Positions 45,186 through 54,773 of a stretch of 64,000 nucleotides of DNA are shown one piece after another. The stretch is from positions 35,006 to 99,005 of the IMG/VR virus record IMGVR_UViG_3300035396_000446; one strand, 5' to 3'. The position numbers were made by a program, and so were the translations under genes. A model generated the notes under the pieces. That model was not told where the DNA came from and ran no database searches. It saw only the letters and a program-made list of their open reading frames with translations. The DNA is from a virus (taxonomy: Duplodnaviria > Heunggongvirae > Uroviricota > Caudoviricetes). Numbering within the stretch: position 1 is the first letter of the stretch; the number at the start of each line of letters is the position of its first letter.

Positions 45186-45401
45186 TCATTTCATCTTAAA
45201 CATGCCTTTTAAGAAATCCATAGAATCCCCGTCAAACATATTATTGCTTTCTTTACTAGGCTCTGACCCTTCAATCAGCTTAACCGCATCTATTTTAAGT
45301 TTGTCATACACTATGTTTTCAGCATCATATCTATCATCTGCCTCTACTTCCATAGCCATCTTTTTTCCGTTAAACTGAAAATACACCTTATATTTATTCA
45401 T
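45186..45401 (-). CDS. hypothetical small protein
   Basis: 71-aa ORF. Confidence 0.35.
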   Translation of the reverse strand: MNKYKVYFQFNGKKMAMEVEADDRYDAENIVYDKLKIDAVKLIEGSEPSKESNNMFDGDSMDFLKGMFKMK

Positions 45402-45403
45402 TT

Positions 45404-46069
45404 TTAAACCTCTATTATTGTCACAGGATTTACTATGTCATAGTCATTGTTCATTAATGATACATTATAAAAGGTATCTTTTATAATTCTCTTGAACTTA
45501 GCATCAGACTCTTCTCTATGGATATGTCCGAATATGTTTATAATACCTGGTTTGTTTTCTTTATATCTTTTTTGAAACCACTCTGCAAGAGCTTCTGACC
45601 CGCAGTTTCTTCTTTCTTGTTTCTTGTATCTATCTCTAACATCATCTAAAATACCCCGTGGGGGACCGTGGGTAATAAGTACATCAGTATCTTTGTGAAT
45701 CTTTGCATATCTTTTCTCTAATTGTTCCTCAGATTCCATAAACGCCCAATTCATAAATGTTGGGGTATAAGGAGTCCCATAAAAGGTTACTCCATCTATT
45801 TTTACTTTCGAATCAATTAAATAATGAATATTGTACTTTTTCTCACTTAATTCTTTGGAGTTTTTATCTTGGAAATACCAATCATGGTTTCCAGGTACTA
45901 TTAATTTATATTTAACTTGGTCTAAACTATGTAACCACATAGAAAATTGAAGATAGTAAATACTATCCTTAATTTCAAAATCACCCGCCATAATTAAAAC
46001 ATCGCATTCCGGTATTTTAATACTATATGCAGAGGGTTGATGTAAGTCAGATATTGCTGCTATTTTCAT
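45404..46069 (-). CDS. calcineurin-like metallophosphoesterase
   Basis: 221 aa with ISDLHQ (DxH), LIMAGDF (GD), VPGNHDW (GNHD/E), ITHGPP and IFGHIH motifs. Confidence 0.65.
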   Translation of the reverse strand: MKIAAISDLHQPSAYSIKIPECDVLIMAGDFEIKDSIYYLQFSMWLHSLDQVKYKLIVPGNHDWYFQDKNSKELSEKKYNIHYLIDSKVKIDGVTFYGTPYTPTFMNWAFMESEEQLEKRYAKIHKDTDVLITHGPPRGILDDVRDRYKKQERRNCGSEALAEWFQKRYKENKPGIINIFGHIHREESDAKFKRIIKDTFYNVSLMNNDYDIVNPVTIIEV

Positions 46070-46231
46070 TTTAGTTTGTTTTCAATTCTCTGTTTTTTTA
46101 GGGCTTCATAGTTTTCTTTTTCATCTATATAAGCATTTAGTAAATCTTGATTACTCATCTCTATTTGTTTTTCATTTTTTGTATGCTGTAAAAGCTCTTC
46201 TTTCCATTCTGCAAAATTAGGGAATTCTTGT

Positions 46232-46591
46232 TTAGTCATTATTTTCTCCTACTTTAAACCATAATTCATCTTGGCTATAGATATTTCCATTATAGTTTGT
46301 AAATATTTCTTCATTTTCATTAATATCTTTAATAGAAATAAATAAGAACAGATTATTTTCGAAATCTGGAACATACATAGCATTTGGGGTGTATGAATGA
46401 TTATAGAGTGACCCATAACCGGTAACAAAACAAAAATAATCTGAATCCCAATTAAAACTATAATCATCTTTTTCTATTATTACAGCCCTACTTATTTTTA
46501 TTATAGGACATTTTTCTATAATTCTACTACTTCGAATAAATTGAGTGGCATATACTCCTAGACCCATATTATTTTTTCTAAATTGTATCAC
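46232..46591 (-). CDS. hypothetical protein
   Basis: 119-aa ORF. Confidence 0.35.
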   Translation of the reverse strand: MIQFRKNNMGLGVYATQFIRSSRIIEKCPIIKISRAVIIEKDDYSFNWDSDYFCFVTGYGSLYNHSYTPNAMYVPDFENNLFLFISIKDINENEEIFTNYNGNIYSQDELWFKVGENND

Positions 46592-47085
46592 ACTTCCTCT
46601 TCAGATAGTTCTTCAAAATCTCCAATGTGATATCCAAACTCTATTGTGTTCTTTAACGTCCCATAGAAGCAAACAAAAACACCATGCCCCCTCATATTAG
46701 GAATCTCTCCTAGATATATAATAGAGTTATATTTATTAAAATGGTCTCTAACTTCGGAAGGTGCTCTTTCAGAAACTTTGATTGAAGAATATTGTCTTAA
46801 ATCATCTTTACCTGAAAGCATTCTATTCTCTTTATCTATTTCAGATTGCGATTTATTATGATCTTGCTTTAATAAATCGTCCAATATTTCACTTGGTATA
46901 CCACATTCAACTTCTGTTTCCATGTTCTTTATTAGTTCCTGTAATAATATTTTTTCTTTGCTTGGAGGCTCTATAACTTTTATTAATTCAAAATTATTTT
47001 CTAACATTTGAAATCCTCGTATTTTTCTTCTAAATGTTCTTTTAATTTCTCGATAGAGTCTCTTTGTGCCTCTTGGCATGAGCAT
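46588..47085 (-). CDS. hypothetical protein
   Basis: 165-aa ORF; overlaps the upstream ORF by 85 nt, so the true start may be the internal Met (MLENNF...). Confidence 0.35.
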   Translation of the reverse strand: MLMPRGTKRLYREIKRTFRRKIRGFQMLENNFELIKVIEPPSKEKILLQELIKNMETEVECGIPSEILDDLLKQDHNKSQSEIDKENRMLSGKDDLRQYSSIKVSERAPSEVRDHFNKYNSIIYLGEIPNMRGHGVFVCFYGTLKNTIEFGYHIGDFEELSEEEV

Positions 47086-47234
47086 GATATTTTTTGAAAA
47101 TCATAAAAGGCACATCTAGAACCTGCTATAACAACTTCTTCTCTATAATATTTACATTTTTCTCTTTCTTTCCGATTATCGCCATTACATTTGAACTGTA
47201 TTTTTGAAAGAAATTGAATAAAGCACAAATTCAT
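47001..47234 (-). CDS. small Cys-rich protein
   Basis: 77-aa ORF with CNGD...C...C..C.C. Confidence 0.3.
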   Translation of the reverse strand: MNLCFIQFLSKIQFKCNGDNRKEREKCKYYREEVVIAGSRCAFYDFQKISCSCQEAQRDSIEKLKEHLEEKYEDFKC

Positions 47235-47461
47235 TTATCTTTCCTAGTACAAAATCTAAAGATAAAGAGTAACTTAATCTCTAAGAAGTATTTTTTCTCT
47301 TGTTCTTTGTCATAGTGATAGTTAATACATAACAAAGCTCGGCCCGCTTCTGAGAAATCTAAAATACTTATTCCCGTTCCCCATCCGCATTCATGATAAT
47401 TCATTGCCCATATATGGAATAAATATATAAAAGGCTTTTGAATCCAAATTAGAATTTCCAT
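47231..47461 (-). CDS. hypothetical small protein
   Basis: 76-aa ORF with an AAGGA RBS. Confidence 0.35.
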   Translation of the reverse strand: MEILIWIQKPFIYLFHIWAMNYHECGWGTGISILDFSEAGRALLCINYHYDKEQEKKYFLEIKLLFIFRFCTRKDK

Positions 47462-47476
47462 ATTATATCCTTATCT

Positions 47477-47692
47477 TTAATGCCCATAGTTGCAACCTAT
47501 CATTGCTTTTTTACCAGCAATAATTACGACATCATCAAAAAATCCGCAACAACCTTTTAGTCTAGCTTTCTTATATGTTTCCATTCCTTTTTTGGAATCC
47601 ATAAATGTGCTTCTTAGATTATCTATACAAGGATCATTTACTTGCTCTAACATCCAAGCCTCTGCTTCCTTGTAAGTTTTAAACTTTTCCAT
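47477..47692 (-). CDS. hypothetical small protein
   Basis: 71-aa ORF. Confidence 0.35.
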   Translation of the reverse strand: MEKFKTYKEAEAWMLEQVNDPCIDNLRSTFMDSKKGMETYKKARLKGCCGFFDDVVIIAGKKAMIGCNYGH

Positions 47693-47693
47693 A

Positions 47694-48158
47694 TTATTCT
47701 TCCTTATAGTCGAACAACTCTACACTATTGAGTAAAATACTTTTTAATTGCGGAGATAACTTGAATCTATCAGTATTTATTTCAATAGATTTTGTTAAAT
47801 CTCCATCGGCGTGTCTCAATGTTGCAGCTTTCCAATCACATAGCATCTCTACCAAATCAATTATGTTCATCCCATCTACTCCATTTTCAAAATTTTCAGG
47901 ATGGTGTCTATTATTCGCATAATGGTGATCAAGTGCGGGCTTCATCTCTTTCAGAAATGTTTTATACTCTTCACTACCATAAGTAGATGCTTTTAGCTTT
48001 TCAGTATAGACTCTAAATGTTTCAAACTCAGGTTCTTCTAGTTTAGAGTTATCATGAAATTCTCCTCTGAGTTCTAACATCATAGCTATATTTTCTAAAT
48101 ATAATTGGACTGTTTTAATGTGATCTTTTGTTTGTTGTACTACTTCTTCTTTGGTCAT
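47694..48158 (-). CDS. putative HD-superfamily phosphohydrolase
   Basis: 154 aa with H...HD (EFHDNSK), LDHHYANNRHH and a downstream D, the spacing of HD-domain metal ligands. Confidence 0.4.
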   Translation of the reverse strand: MTKEEVVQQTKDHIKTVQLYLENIAMMLELRGEFHDNSKLEEPEFETFRVYTEKLKASTYGSEEYKTFLKEMKPALDHHYANNRHHPENFENGVDGMNIIDLVEMLCDWKAATLRHADGDLTKSIEINTDRFKLSPQLKSILLNSVELFDYKEE

Positions 48159-48499
48159 TTTATTCTCTCTACTTTGAGTATTTTTCCTAGTTTAATTACA
48201 AAAACTCTATAATCTGGGGCGCCCCATTTTTTCTTTCCTTGGTCTATTTTAATCCCTTTACATTCAACTTCCATACAAGGGGAATCTTTAGCATAGCCAT
48301 TCTTAAATTTAACAATATCGAAAACATTTTTTATTTTAATATAACCTTTATCTTTTACCCAAGTATAATTATGACCCTTTACGTTAGCAAGTCTTCTAAT
48401 CCAATAGTCTTTCACTTCCCTGTATTCTTCTTTCTTTTCACCGGAAAGAATCATATCAAACCATTGTTTCTTCAAAGTTAAGTTCAAAACTCTGACCAA
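48155..48499 (-). CDS. ASCH/PUA-like (DUF3850-like) domain protein
   Basis: 114 aa; LTLKKQWFDMILSGEKKEEYREVKDYW matches the ASCH/DUF3850 N-terminal signature (hxLKxxxFDxIxSGxKxxExR). Confidence 0.45.
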   Translation of the reverse strand: MVRVLNLTLKKQWFDMILSGEKKEEYREVKDYWIRRLANVKGHNYTWVKDKGYIKIKNVFDIVKFKNGYAKDSPCMEVECKGIKIDQGKKKWGAPDYRVFVIKLGKILKVERIK

Positions 48500-48500
48500 T

Positions 48501-49073
48501 CTAATCCCACCATCTATTGATATGTTTATTTAATATATAAAAGAATCTTTCTTTATATTTTTCTCTAAGAAAACACTCATAATTAAAAATTCTACCCATT
48601 ACTTTATCTGCATATTCTTTATCTGTAGATGCTCTAACATAAAAGGATTCCAGATAAGAGCATTTGCTACCATCGTTACATGGAACAAACGCAAATGTCT
48701 TCTTACCAAATTTTCTCTCATGTTTCTCGTACAGAGATTTGCATATATCATCTTCTACAAGCCTTTCAAGATACCATAGAGCGATATTCATTATCTTTAC
48801 AGTATGATTAGACCCTCTGTGATGACCATAATCTCTCATACAATTTCTCATTTCAGTTATTTTCTTTTGCATCACAGTATACAGATAATAATGGTCCCAT
48901 GGTTCATTTGTGTACATAAATTTAAACCAGGAAAAAGCACGTTTAAGTCTCTTAAACTGATATAAGAATACGTTTATGTTACTTTGAGTATTATCAATAA
49001 GATTCTCAAAGAACATTTGTATTTCAGAAGATTCTTTTTTCATTCGTTGTATTGCTCTTTCTATCTTATTCAA
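48501..49073 (-). CDS. hypothetical protein
   Basis: 190-aa ORF. Confidence 0.4.
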   Translation of the reverse strand: MNKIERAIQRMKKESSEIQMFFENLIDNTQSNINVFLYQFKRLKRAFSWFKFMYTNEPWDHYYLYTVMQKKITEMRNCMRDYGHHRGSNHTVKIMNIALWYLERLVEDDICKSLYEKHERKFGKKTFAFVPCNDGSKCSYLESFYVRASTDKEYADKVMGRIFNYECFLREKYKERFFYILNKHINRWWD

Positions 49074-49344
49074 CTGTTGCCCCTTTTAATATTTCTTTTA
49101 ACACATTCAAATCTTCTGGAATCACATCATTGAAGTAGTCAGAGGTGTACCCATCCTCATACTCAAAATAAATCTCTAACAAATCTCTTTTGTAATTGAC
49201 AATGGCATTTAACGACGTCCCCCTCTTCTCCAAATCTTCGCTGTGGAAAGTGTAAGAGTTTGACCCTTCAACTGGGTCGGCATTAACTAAAATCCATCCA
49301 TTTCTAGTAAAAACGTGATTTAATTCTCTATTTTCTGTTTTCAT
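49066..49344 (-). CDS. hypothetical protein
   Basis: 92-aa ORF. Confidence 0.35.
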   Translation of the reverse strand: MKTENRELNHVFTRNGWILVNADPVEGSNSYTFHSEDLEKRGTSLNAIVNYKRDLLEIYFEYEDGYTSDYFNDVIPEDLNVLKEILKGATVE

Positions 49345-49377
49345 TTTTCTAAACCTCTATTATCAGAAAATACGTTG

Positions 49378-49899
49378 TTATTTGTAACTTTTTATTAATT
49401 GTGCTATTTGTTCTAAAACTTCGTTTTGTTTTTTTTTGCCCTCGGTTCTTTCTTTATTCTCATCGAAACTCTCAATAAGATTCTCGAAATACTGATAAAC
49501 ACTTAGTCGCTTATCGCTCCACAAAAATGAAAGTTGACCATCATACTGCTCAATTATAGTAAAGTCGTATATAATAAAACTCTTAATCTTTCCACCCTCA
49601 TATTCAAATCTTACATGCCCAGGGTAAGGTAGCTCGCTCATTATAATACAGTCTATCTCATCAGACTTCCTACTGTCTGTGACAGCGGGCTTCTCTCCTA
49701 TCTTAAAAAGACCTAACAATTTTATATCTTTTTTAGGCTTAATTTCTACGTCTTTGTACTTGTATTTAATGTACGGGTCTAACTTAAGTATGTCTTTGCA
49801 AAAAGTATAAAGGAGATTTGGGTCAAACTTCTTCTCCTCTACTAATGCTGAATTTTGTGTTTGTAGATATGTAAAAAATTCTTGTATTTTTTCTTTCAT
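49378..49899 (-). CDS. hypothetical protein
   Basis: 173-aa ORF. Confidence 0.4.
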   Translation of the reverse strand: MKEKIQEFFTYLQTQNSALVEEKKFDPNLLYTFCKDILKLDPYIKYKYKDVEIKPKKDIKLLGLFKIGEKPAVTDSRKSDEIDCIIMSELPYPGHVRFEYEGGKIKSFIIYDFTIIEQYDGQLSFLWSDKRLSVYQYFENLIESFDENKERTEGKKKQNEVLEQIAQLIKSYK

Positions 49900-49900
49900 T

Positions 49901-50098
49901 TTATTTTTCCTCTATTTCTTCTTCGACGCTATAGTCTACGTCTACTCTCTTATCTGCGCCAGAGTACATATGTGTACCATCTATTAATTTCTGAAATATA
50001 TCTCGCATTTCAATTAGCGCCTCTTTACTCCAATTTCTATAGTTCCAACCACAAGTACATGGGTCATCCCAACACTGTATGCAACTTCTTAATGACAT
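49901..50098 (-). CDS. hypothetical small protein
   Basis: 65 aa with a CIQCWDDPCTCGW Cys cluster. Confidence 0.3.
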   Translation of the reverse strand: MSLRSCIQCWDDPCTCGWNYRNWSKEALIEMRDIFQKLIDGTHMYSGADKRVDVDYSVEEEIEEK

Positions 50099-50646
50099 TT
50101 TTGTCTCCTTATTTCTCTTATCTTATCACGAACCTGCTGAAAAGTCAAGGGTCTTAGTCCATGAAGTTCGCAGTTGACATTGAAGTATCTTTCACCCAAT
50201 TGTTGTATTTTAGTTTGGTCATTTCCAGGATGGAGGTGACCATGTAAATTTATTGCGTCTTTCCATCTCCCCTCTAATTGCATCGGATGAATAGGTACAT
50301 GTGTTAAAACAAACTCGGAGTTCTCTTCATAGCCGCCCCTAACAAAAATAGAGACAACTTTATCGAAATATTGGAATAGCTTTTTATTCATATCATGGTT
50401 CCCCATTATAAGAACTTTCTTTCCATTAAGTCTTGGAAGTATTCTATCTATGGATGTTTCAGGTTTGAAACATACGTCCCCAAAGTGATAAACAGTATCG
50501 TCCCAGGAGACATCTTCATTCCAATTCTTGATAAGGGTCTCATCATGTTCTTCTATTGAACTAAACCCTCTTGCTTCGTAAATGAATTTTTTGTTATGAC
50601 AAAAATGCGTATCAGATATAGCAAATGATTTTTGATTCTTTCCCAT
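50089..50646 (-). CDS. calcineurin-like metallophosphoesterase (second copy; Ser/Thr or polynucleotide phosphatase-like)
   Basis: 185 aa with ISDTHF (DxH), HFGDV (GD), IMGNHD (GNHD), VLTHVP and LHGHLH motifs. Confidence 0.65.
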   Translation of the reverse strand: MGKNQKSFAISDTHFCHNKKFIYEARGFSSIEEHDETLIKNWNEDVSWDDTVYHFGDVCFKPETSIDRILPRLNGKKVLIMGNHDMNKKLFQYFDKVVSIFVRGGYEENSEFVLTHVPIHPMQLEGRWKDAINLHGHLHPGNDQTKIQQLGERYFNVNCELHGLRPLTFQQVRDKIREIRRQKCH

Positions 50647-50649
50647 ATT

Positions 50650-51033
50650 TTACATTCCTCTTTTAATAGGAGACCTGACTCCATAGTATCCTAAAAATTG
50701 AGATGTCGATTTTAAATCCATACACTTGGATACATATTCTTTCACTTTGTTCTCGGGCAGATTATCACAACCAAATATCTCTACTTCCTTGATTTTAGAC
50801 ATTGTTTCTTCATATACTTTCTTTGGAACATAATACCCATCTGCTTCCCCTAGGATATGAAGGTGTCTGTGTTTTTCAATTCGATCCTCAAATTCAGAAC
50901 TTAGTGCGTTTTTAATACTATTCATAATAAGAAAAAATATAGTAAGTCCAATCAAGCCTATAATAAACATTGTAAGATAGAAAAAATCACCTTCTTCTTT
51001 CATCATTGCCGTAAGCTGCGATAATGTACTCAT
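50650..51033 (-). CDS. membrane protein
   Basis: 127 aa with an N-terminal TM helix. Confidence 0.4.
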   Translation of the reverse strand: MSTLSQLTAMMKEEGDFFYLTMFIIGLIGLTIFFLIMNSIKNALSSEFEDRIEKHRHLHILGEADGYYVPKKVYEETMSKIKEVEIFGCDNLPENKVKEYVSKCMDLKSTSQFLGYYGVRSPIKRGM

Positions 51034-51242
51034 TTTACTTCCTCTATTAAAATAAAACCAGAAAGAATGACTTCTAATCCAGTTTTTTGATCTACAAACT
51101 TAATGAAAGGAGTACTTCCTATAATTAATGGCATTTTTTCAGAGTACCACACTCTGTAAACACCATTAACGTTCCAAGCTATTCTCCATTTTCCAAAAGA
51201 AAATGATGTTAGTAGTATTAAGATTATAATTAGTTTTTTCAT
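51030..51242 (-). CDS. small secreted protein
   Basis: 70 aa with an N-terminal signal-like segment. Confidence 0.35.
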   Translation of the reverse strand: MKKLIIILILLTSFSFGKWRIAWNVNGVYRVWYSEKMPLIIGSTPFIKFVDQKTGLEVILSGFILIEEVK

Positions 51243-51425
51243 CTTTTTTTGTACTCCGATTCCAATTCCTCTTCTATTTGGTCAAATTGATCAAATGCTA
51301 GTTGCACAGTATCTTCTGCAAGGTCACCAAGCTTAACATGCCCTTTCAAAACACTGCCTTTGTTTATAGACATTACCAGTTCTAATATAATCTTTCTTTT
51401 ATCATCTATGTGCATTTTGGTCTCC

Positions 51426-51725
51426 TCATCCTAAAAATTTATCTAAATCAAACACTTTCCCAGTTGGTGATTCCATTTTCATAACATCCCAACCAACACC
51501 TTGAATGTTTGGATTAACATGTTTCTTGTTGACAAATCCAATTTCAAAATAACCTTTATCATCGTTACTGCTCTTTTTTGGGATAAAGCCGGGCATAATA
51601 ATATTGTCAATGTATCCAGATTGTTTATCTCCGGACCCCAACAAATATAAGAAATCATCGTCACTCAAATATCCATGATCGATACAAAATTGTATTCGTT
51701 CTTTTAGTTCTCTAACTGTTATCAT
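51426..51725 (-). CDS. hypothetical protein
   Basis: 99-aa ORF. Confidence 0.35.
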   Translation of the reverse strand: MITVRELKERIQFCIDHGYLSDDDFLYLLGSGDKQSGYIDNIIMPGFIPKKSSNDDKGYFEIGFVNKKHVNPNIQGVGWDVMKMESPTGKVFDLDKFLG

Positions 51726-51726
51726 T

Positions 51727-52149
51727 TTATTCCTCCAATTTCAAAGTATCAAATTTACCTAATAGTGCTTCAATCATAAATAGACGTTTACTATTCATTT
51801 TATCAGTATTGCTGTAATAGTTTCTCAGTTGTATCAGATTTGATTTATCGAAACAAGCAAAGAACCTGTAATCTCCATCATCCTTTTTAAAGTCCAATGA
51901 ATAAATCAATTTAATGACATTTGTCGGCTGATCAAACTCACAAGATAACACCTCTCCTGTAGTTTCAGAGAAATATATATGGCCGGAAGACTTAAATAGA
52001 ATCTCTTCAAACTCAGCGTTTGGAATAGTGTCTTTTAAGACTAGCATATATCCAACTTCATCTATGTGGTCTTGGATGTTTTCAACTGTATAAGTGATAT
52101 CATCACCACAACTTGTGAGTAGTAGTAACAATCCTAGTAATCTTTTCAT
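51727..52149 (-). CDS. putative lipoprotein
   Basis: 140 aa; LLGLLLLLTSCGDD is a lipobox-type signal. Confidence 0.45.
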   Translation of the reverse strand: MKRLLGLLLLLTSCGDDITYTVENIQDHIDEVGYMLVLKDTIPNAEFEEILFKSSGHIYFSETTGEVLSCEFDQPTNVIKLIYSLDFKKDDGDYRFFACFDKSNLIQLRNYYSNTDKMNSKRLFMIEALLGKFDTLKLEE

Positions 52150-52406
52150 TCTGACAAACTCCTATACCAATCATTAAAACGAACCCACCCTTGGAAGCAC
52201 ATATAAGTCAAAAACAAAACAAATATCACTACCCATATGAATATACCAATATGAAACATTATTACATACAAAGGAATAATTTCAGATCTAGTAAATATAA
52301 GGTCGCATATACCCCAGTTCATTACATTAAAATATGTCCATAAGCTATATAACACTATACATAATATTGTTAATATTGCTCTAACGGTTGCTCTTGTCAG
52401 TTTCAT
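52146..52406 (-). CDS. membrane protein
   Basis: 86 aa with two or three TM helices. Confidence 0.4.
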   Translation of the reverse strand: MKLTRATVRAILTILCIVLYSLWTYFNVMNWGICDLIFTRSEIIPLYVIMFHIGIFIWVVIFVLFLTYMCFQGWVRFNDWYRSLSE

Positions 52407-52673
52407 CTATTTCTCCCCTAAATATACCCAATGTGTTGGATAGGTAATAACAGTAGTATCTCCAACCTTCAAAGAATATCTACCCTCACGACTATGTAGA
52501 TCAGAAGTTGATAATAAATATTGATCTTCTTTCTCAAAGTATAATAGTATTTGTTTCCTATGCCTTGAAGGTTCAAAGTTCTCAAATGTCATCATGTCGT
52601 GTTTGCTGAAAAAAGTCATTTTCTTCCTCCTCATAATTATCTTCGTCCATCCAAACCCCTGCGTGAGTACCAC
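52407..52673 (-). CDS. hypothetical protein
   Basis: 88-aa ORF. Its 5' end overlaps the upstream ORF by 92 nt, so the true start is probably an internal Met near 52619 or 52595. Confidence 0.3.
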   Translation of the reverse strand: MVLTQGFGWTKIIMRRKKMTFFSKHDMMTFENFEPSRHRKQILLYFEKEDQYLLSTSDLHSREGRYSLKVGDTTVITYPTHWVYLGEK

Positions 52674-52920
52674 AATGGGGGCAGTCGTCTAGGCTAATTA
52701 CATATGTCTGCCAAACCTTGCCTTTAGAAACTTTGAAGTTAAAAGATACGTCCGGCCATTTTACGGAAAAAACCTTTTCATAATTTTCTTCAATATGGGT
52801 TAAGACACTACTAAATATATTATAGTTATCTGTGTCTTTTGGAATATCTAAGTTTAATGTTTTCTTTCGCAACGTAATTTCATTGCCTCTAATGTCCGTT
52901 AATTCAATTGTGAATCTCAT
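52582..52920 (-). CDS. hypothetical protein
   Basis: 112 aa with a CPHCGTH motif. Confidence 0.35.
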   Translation of the reverse strand: MRFTIELTDIRGNEITLRKKTLNLDIPKDTDNYNIFSSVLTHIEENYEKVFSVKWPDVSFNFKVSKGKVWQTYVISLDDCPHCGTHAGVWMDEDNYEEEENDFFQQTRHDDI

Positions 52921-53113
52921 TTTTTATTCTCATTGTGTTTTCTAGTATTTCTTTTGTTTCTTCATTTAATTTTGTACTAGCATCAAGTACTTCAATTGAT
53001 TCATCTAAAGTTTTACTAGCCTTATCATTTGACTTTTCAGCTTCTTTAAGAAGTACTACTGCTATTATTATAAAAACAAATCCAATAATTAGTGTTAAGT
53101 CTTCTATAATCAT
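52904..53113 (-). CDS. small membrane protein
   Basis: 69 aa with an N-terminal TM helix. Confidence 0.35.
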   Translation of the reverse strand: MIIEDLTLIIGFVFIIIAVVLLKEAEKSNDKASKTLDESIEVLDASTKLNEETKEILENTMRIKNEIHN

Positions 53114-53269
53114 TTTAAAAATTCTCCTTAATCGAAAACATCATTATAGTATACGCTGAAAAAACAAATGCATATACAGATGGCTTAACAATGTGCAATG
53201 CATTTTCCATAGTAAGACCAATTGCGATAAAAAATACCATGTAAGACAATATAAATAATATTTTGTTTT

Positions 53270-53479
53270 TCATTTTTTAATTTCTCCTTTAATATCTTCA
53301 TAATTACAAGTTATTATAAAGTCATTTCCTTCATCTGTCAGCTTCATAAAATATTCACATGCTTCAGTACATCTATTCGGTATTTCATTGATGTCTTCCT
53401 GGTTTTTTCCAATATTATACGGACATCTAAAACCACCGTCAATACTTACTTGTGCTATATTAGTTCTTATTTCTTTCAT
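53270..53479 (-). CDS. hypothetical small protein
   Basis: 69-aa ORF with scattered Cys. Confidence 0.3.
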   Translation of the reverse strand: MKEIRTNIAQVSIDGGFRCPYNIGKNQEDINEIPNRCTEACEYFMKLTDEGNDFIITCNYEDIKGEIKK

Positions 53480-53900
53480 TTTCTTTCTCCTTATATCCTA
53501 AAAATGCGGCAAACTTATCTATTATAAAAAAGAATAGTATAAAAAAATGTACAATCAAGAAAAAACACCAAAGCAAACTTTTAAATAAAAGCAATACCTC
53601 ATGCGGGACGTAAAAATATGCAAACCCAGTCAGCCCTAGTATAGGAGAGTAAAGAACCGTGTTCACAAATGTATCTCCAATTTTAACTGGGTATCTCCCG
53701 TAATTAACAGTTGCGTTATTATTTAATGCTATTATGCTAGAACCGCCTCTATCTGTAGTAACATTAATAACAGTATATTTTTTTCCATTATACTCTTTAT
53801 AAATATTATACTCTTCTATTTTAAAAGAAATAAGGAATGCGAGGATTGCAATATAAGCAATTGCTGCAACTGCAAGTCTTCTTTTTAGATACTTGCTCAT
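53460..53900 (-). CDS. membrane protein
   Basis: 146 aa with N-terminal and C-terminal TM helices. Confidence 0.4.
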   Translation of the reverse strand: MSKYLKRRLAVAAIAYIAILAFLISFKIEEYNIYKEYNGKKYTVINVTTDRGGSSIIALNNNATVNYGRYPVKIGDTFVNTVLYSPILGLTGFAYFYVPHEVLLLFKSLLWCFFLIVHFFILFFFIIDKFAAFLGYKEKENERNKN

Positions 53901-54160
53901 TTTATTTTTCCTCTTTTTTTAGGTTCAACATGTTCTCTGGTGTCTAGAATATTTTTTATAGCTTGGTATTTAGACTTATATCGTTCATTCCAATCTTTTT
54001 TGCGTTTACAATCCTCGCATTCACAATCCCACACATAATCCTCCAACCCAGTTAAAAAAGGAGTTCGGAAGTACTTTTTCTTATAAGTTAAAAGCCTTTT
54101 AGTTGATAAAGCTTTTAAAGCTTTAATAGAGAGTTCAATATCAGGAAAGCTCAATCTCAT
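53897..54160 (-). CDS. hypothetical protein
   Basis: 87 aa with CECEDCKRKKDW. Confidence 0.35.
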   Translation of the reverse strand: MRLSFPDIELSIKALKALSTKRLLTYKKKYFRTPFLTGLEDYVWDCECEDCKRKKDWNERYKSKYQAIKNILDTREHVEPKKRGKIK

Positions 54161-54573
54161 TTTAAAATTTCTCCTTCAATATCTTCAAATCTTGCTTTCA
54201 TTTTCTCGATAGATTCTGCTGGCACATCATGAATAGAACCATAATCACTTGTCATTCTAAAAATTGTTACTTGATAACCTAACTTTTCAGCAAGTTCTAG
54301 ATAAGACTCCATTTCCCATTTCTGGGTAAAAGTATTAGACACTATAACACCTTTACTTTGTTTCATCATTTCCATTGCAGTCTTTTTGCACCACTCATGG
54401 GCATTTTTAATCCTAGAGCCATCAAAGTCATAATGTCCATCTACATCTTCAAAGTACATATCAGCTTCTAGATGGACATAACCCTCCATTTCCAATTGGT
54501 ACGTCAAATTTGCTTTAACAAACGTGGATTTTCCAGAGCCAGGCGTTCCGCGCACGAGAATGAGATGTTTCAT
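54157..54573 (-). CDS. P-loop kinase, T4 polynucleotide-kinase (Pnk) kinase-domain-like
   Basis: 138 aa. ILVRGTPGSGKSTFVKANL matches T4 Pnk ILTIGCPGSGKSTWAREFI. KGVIVSNTF...LAEKLGYQVTIF...VPAESIEKMKARF tracks Pnk GVIISDTN...AKEYGWKVEHKVF...VPIDVLRSMYKSM. Confidence 0.5.
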   Translation of the reverse strand: MKHLILVRGTPGSGKSTFVKANLTYQLEMEGYVHLEADMYFEDVDGHYDFDGSRIKNAHEWCKKTAMEMMKQSKGVIVSNTFTQKWEMESYLELAEKLGYQVTIFRMTSDYGSIHDVPAESIEKMKARFEDIEGEILK

Positions 54574-54773
54574 TATTTTTCTCCTTTATTATCAGCCTTA
54601 AAGTCAAATGTCATTATAATCATATCTACAGGAACATGTTTAATACATTCGTATTTAACTACATTTCCCTTGATAGACAGTTTATCTTTTACTATATTCT
54701 TTCTGCCTGCAAAGCTTCTACAAATCTCTAACCAACCAATGAAGTTATCGTGAACTACGCTGAATGGATTCAT
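54573..54773 (-). CDS. hypothetical small protein
   Basis: 66-aa ORF. Confidence 0.3.
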   Translation of the reverse strand: MNPFSVVHDNFIGWLEICRSFAGRKNIVKDKLSIKGNVVKYECIKHVPVDMIIMTFDFKADNKGEK

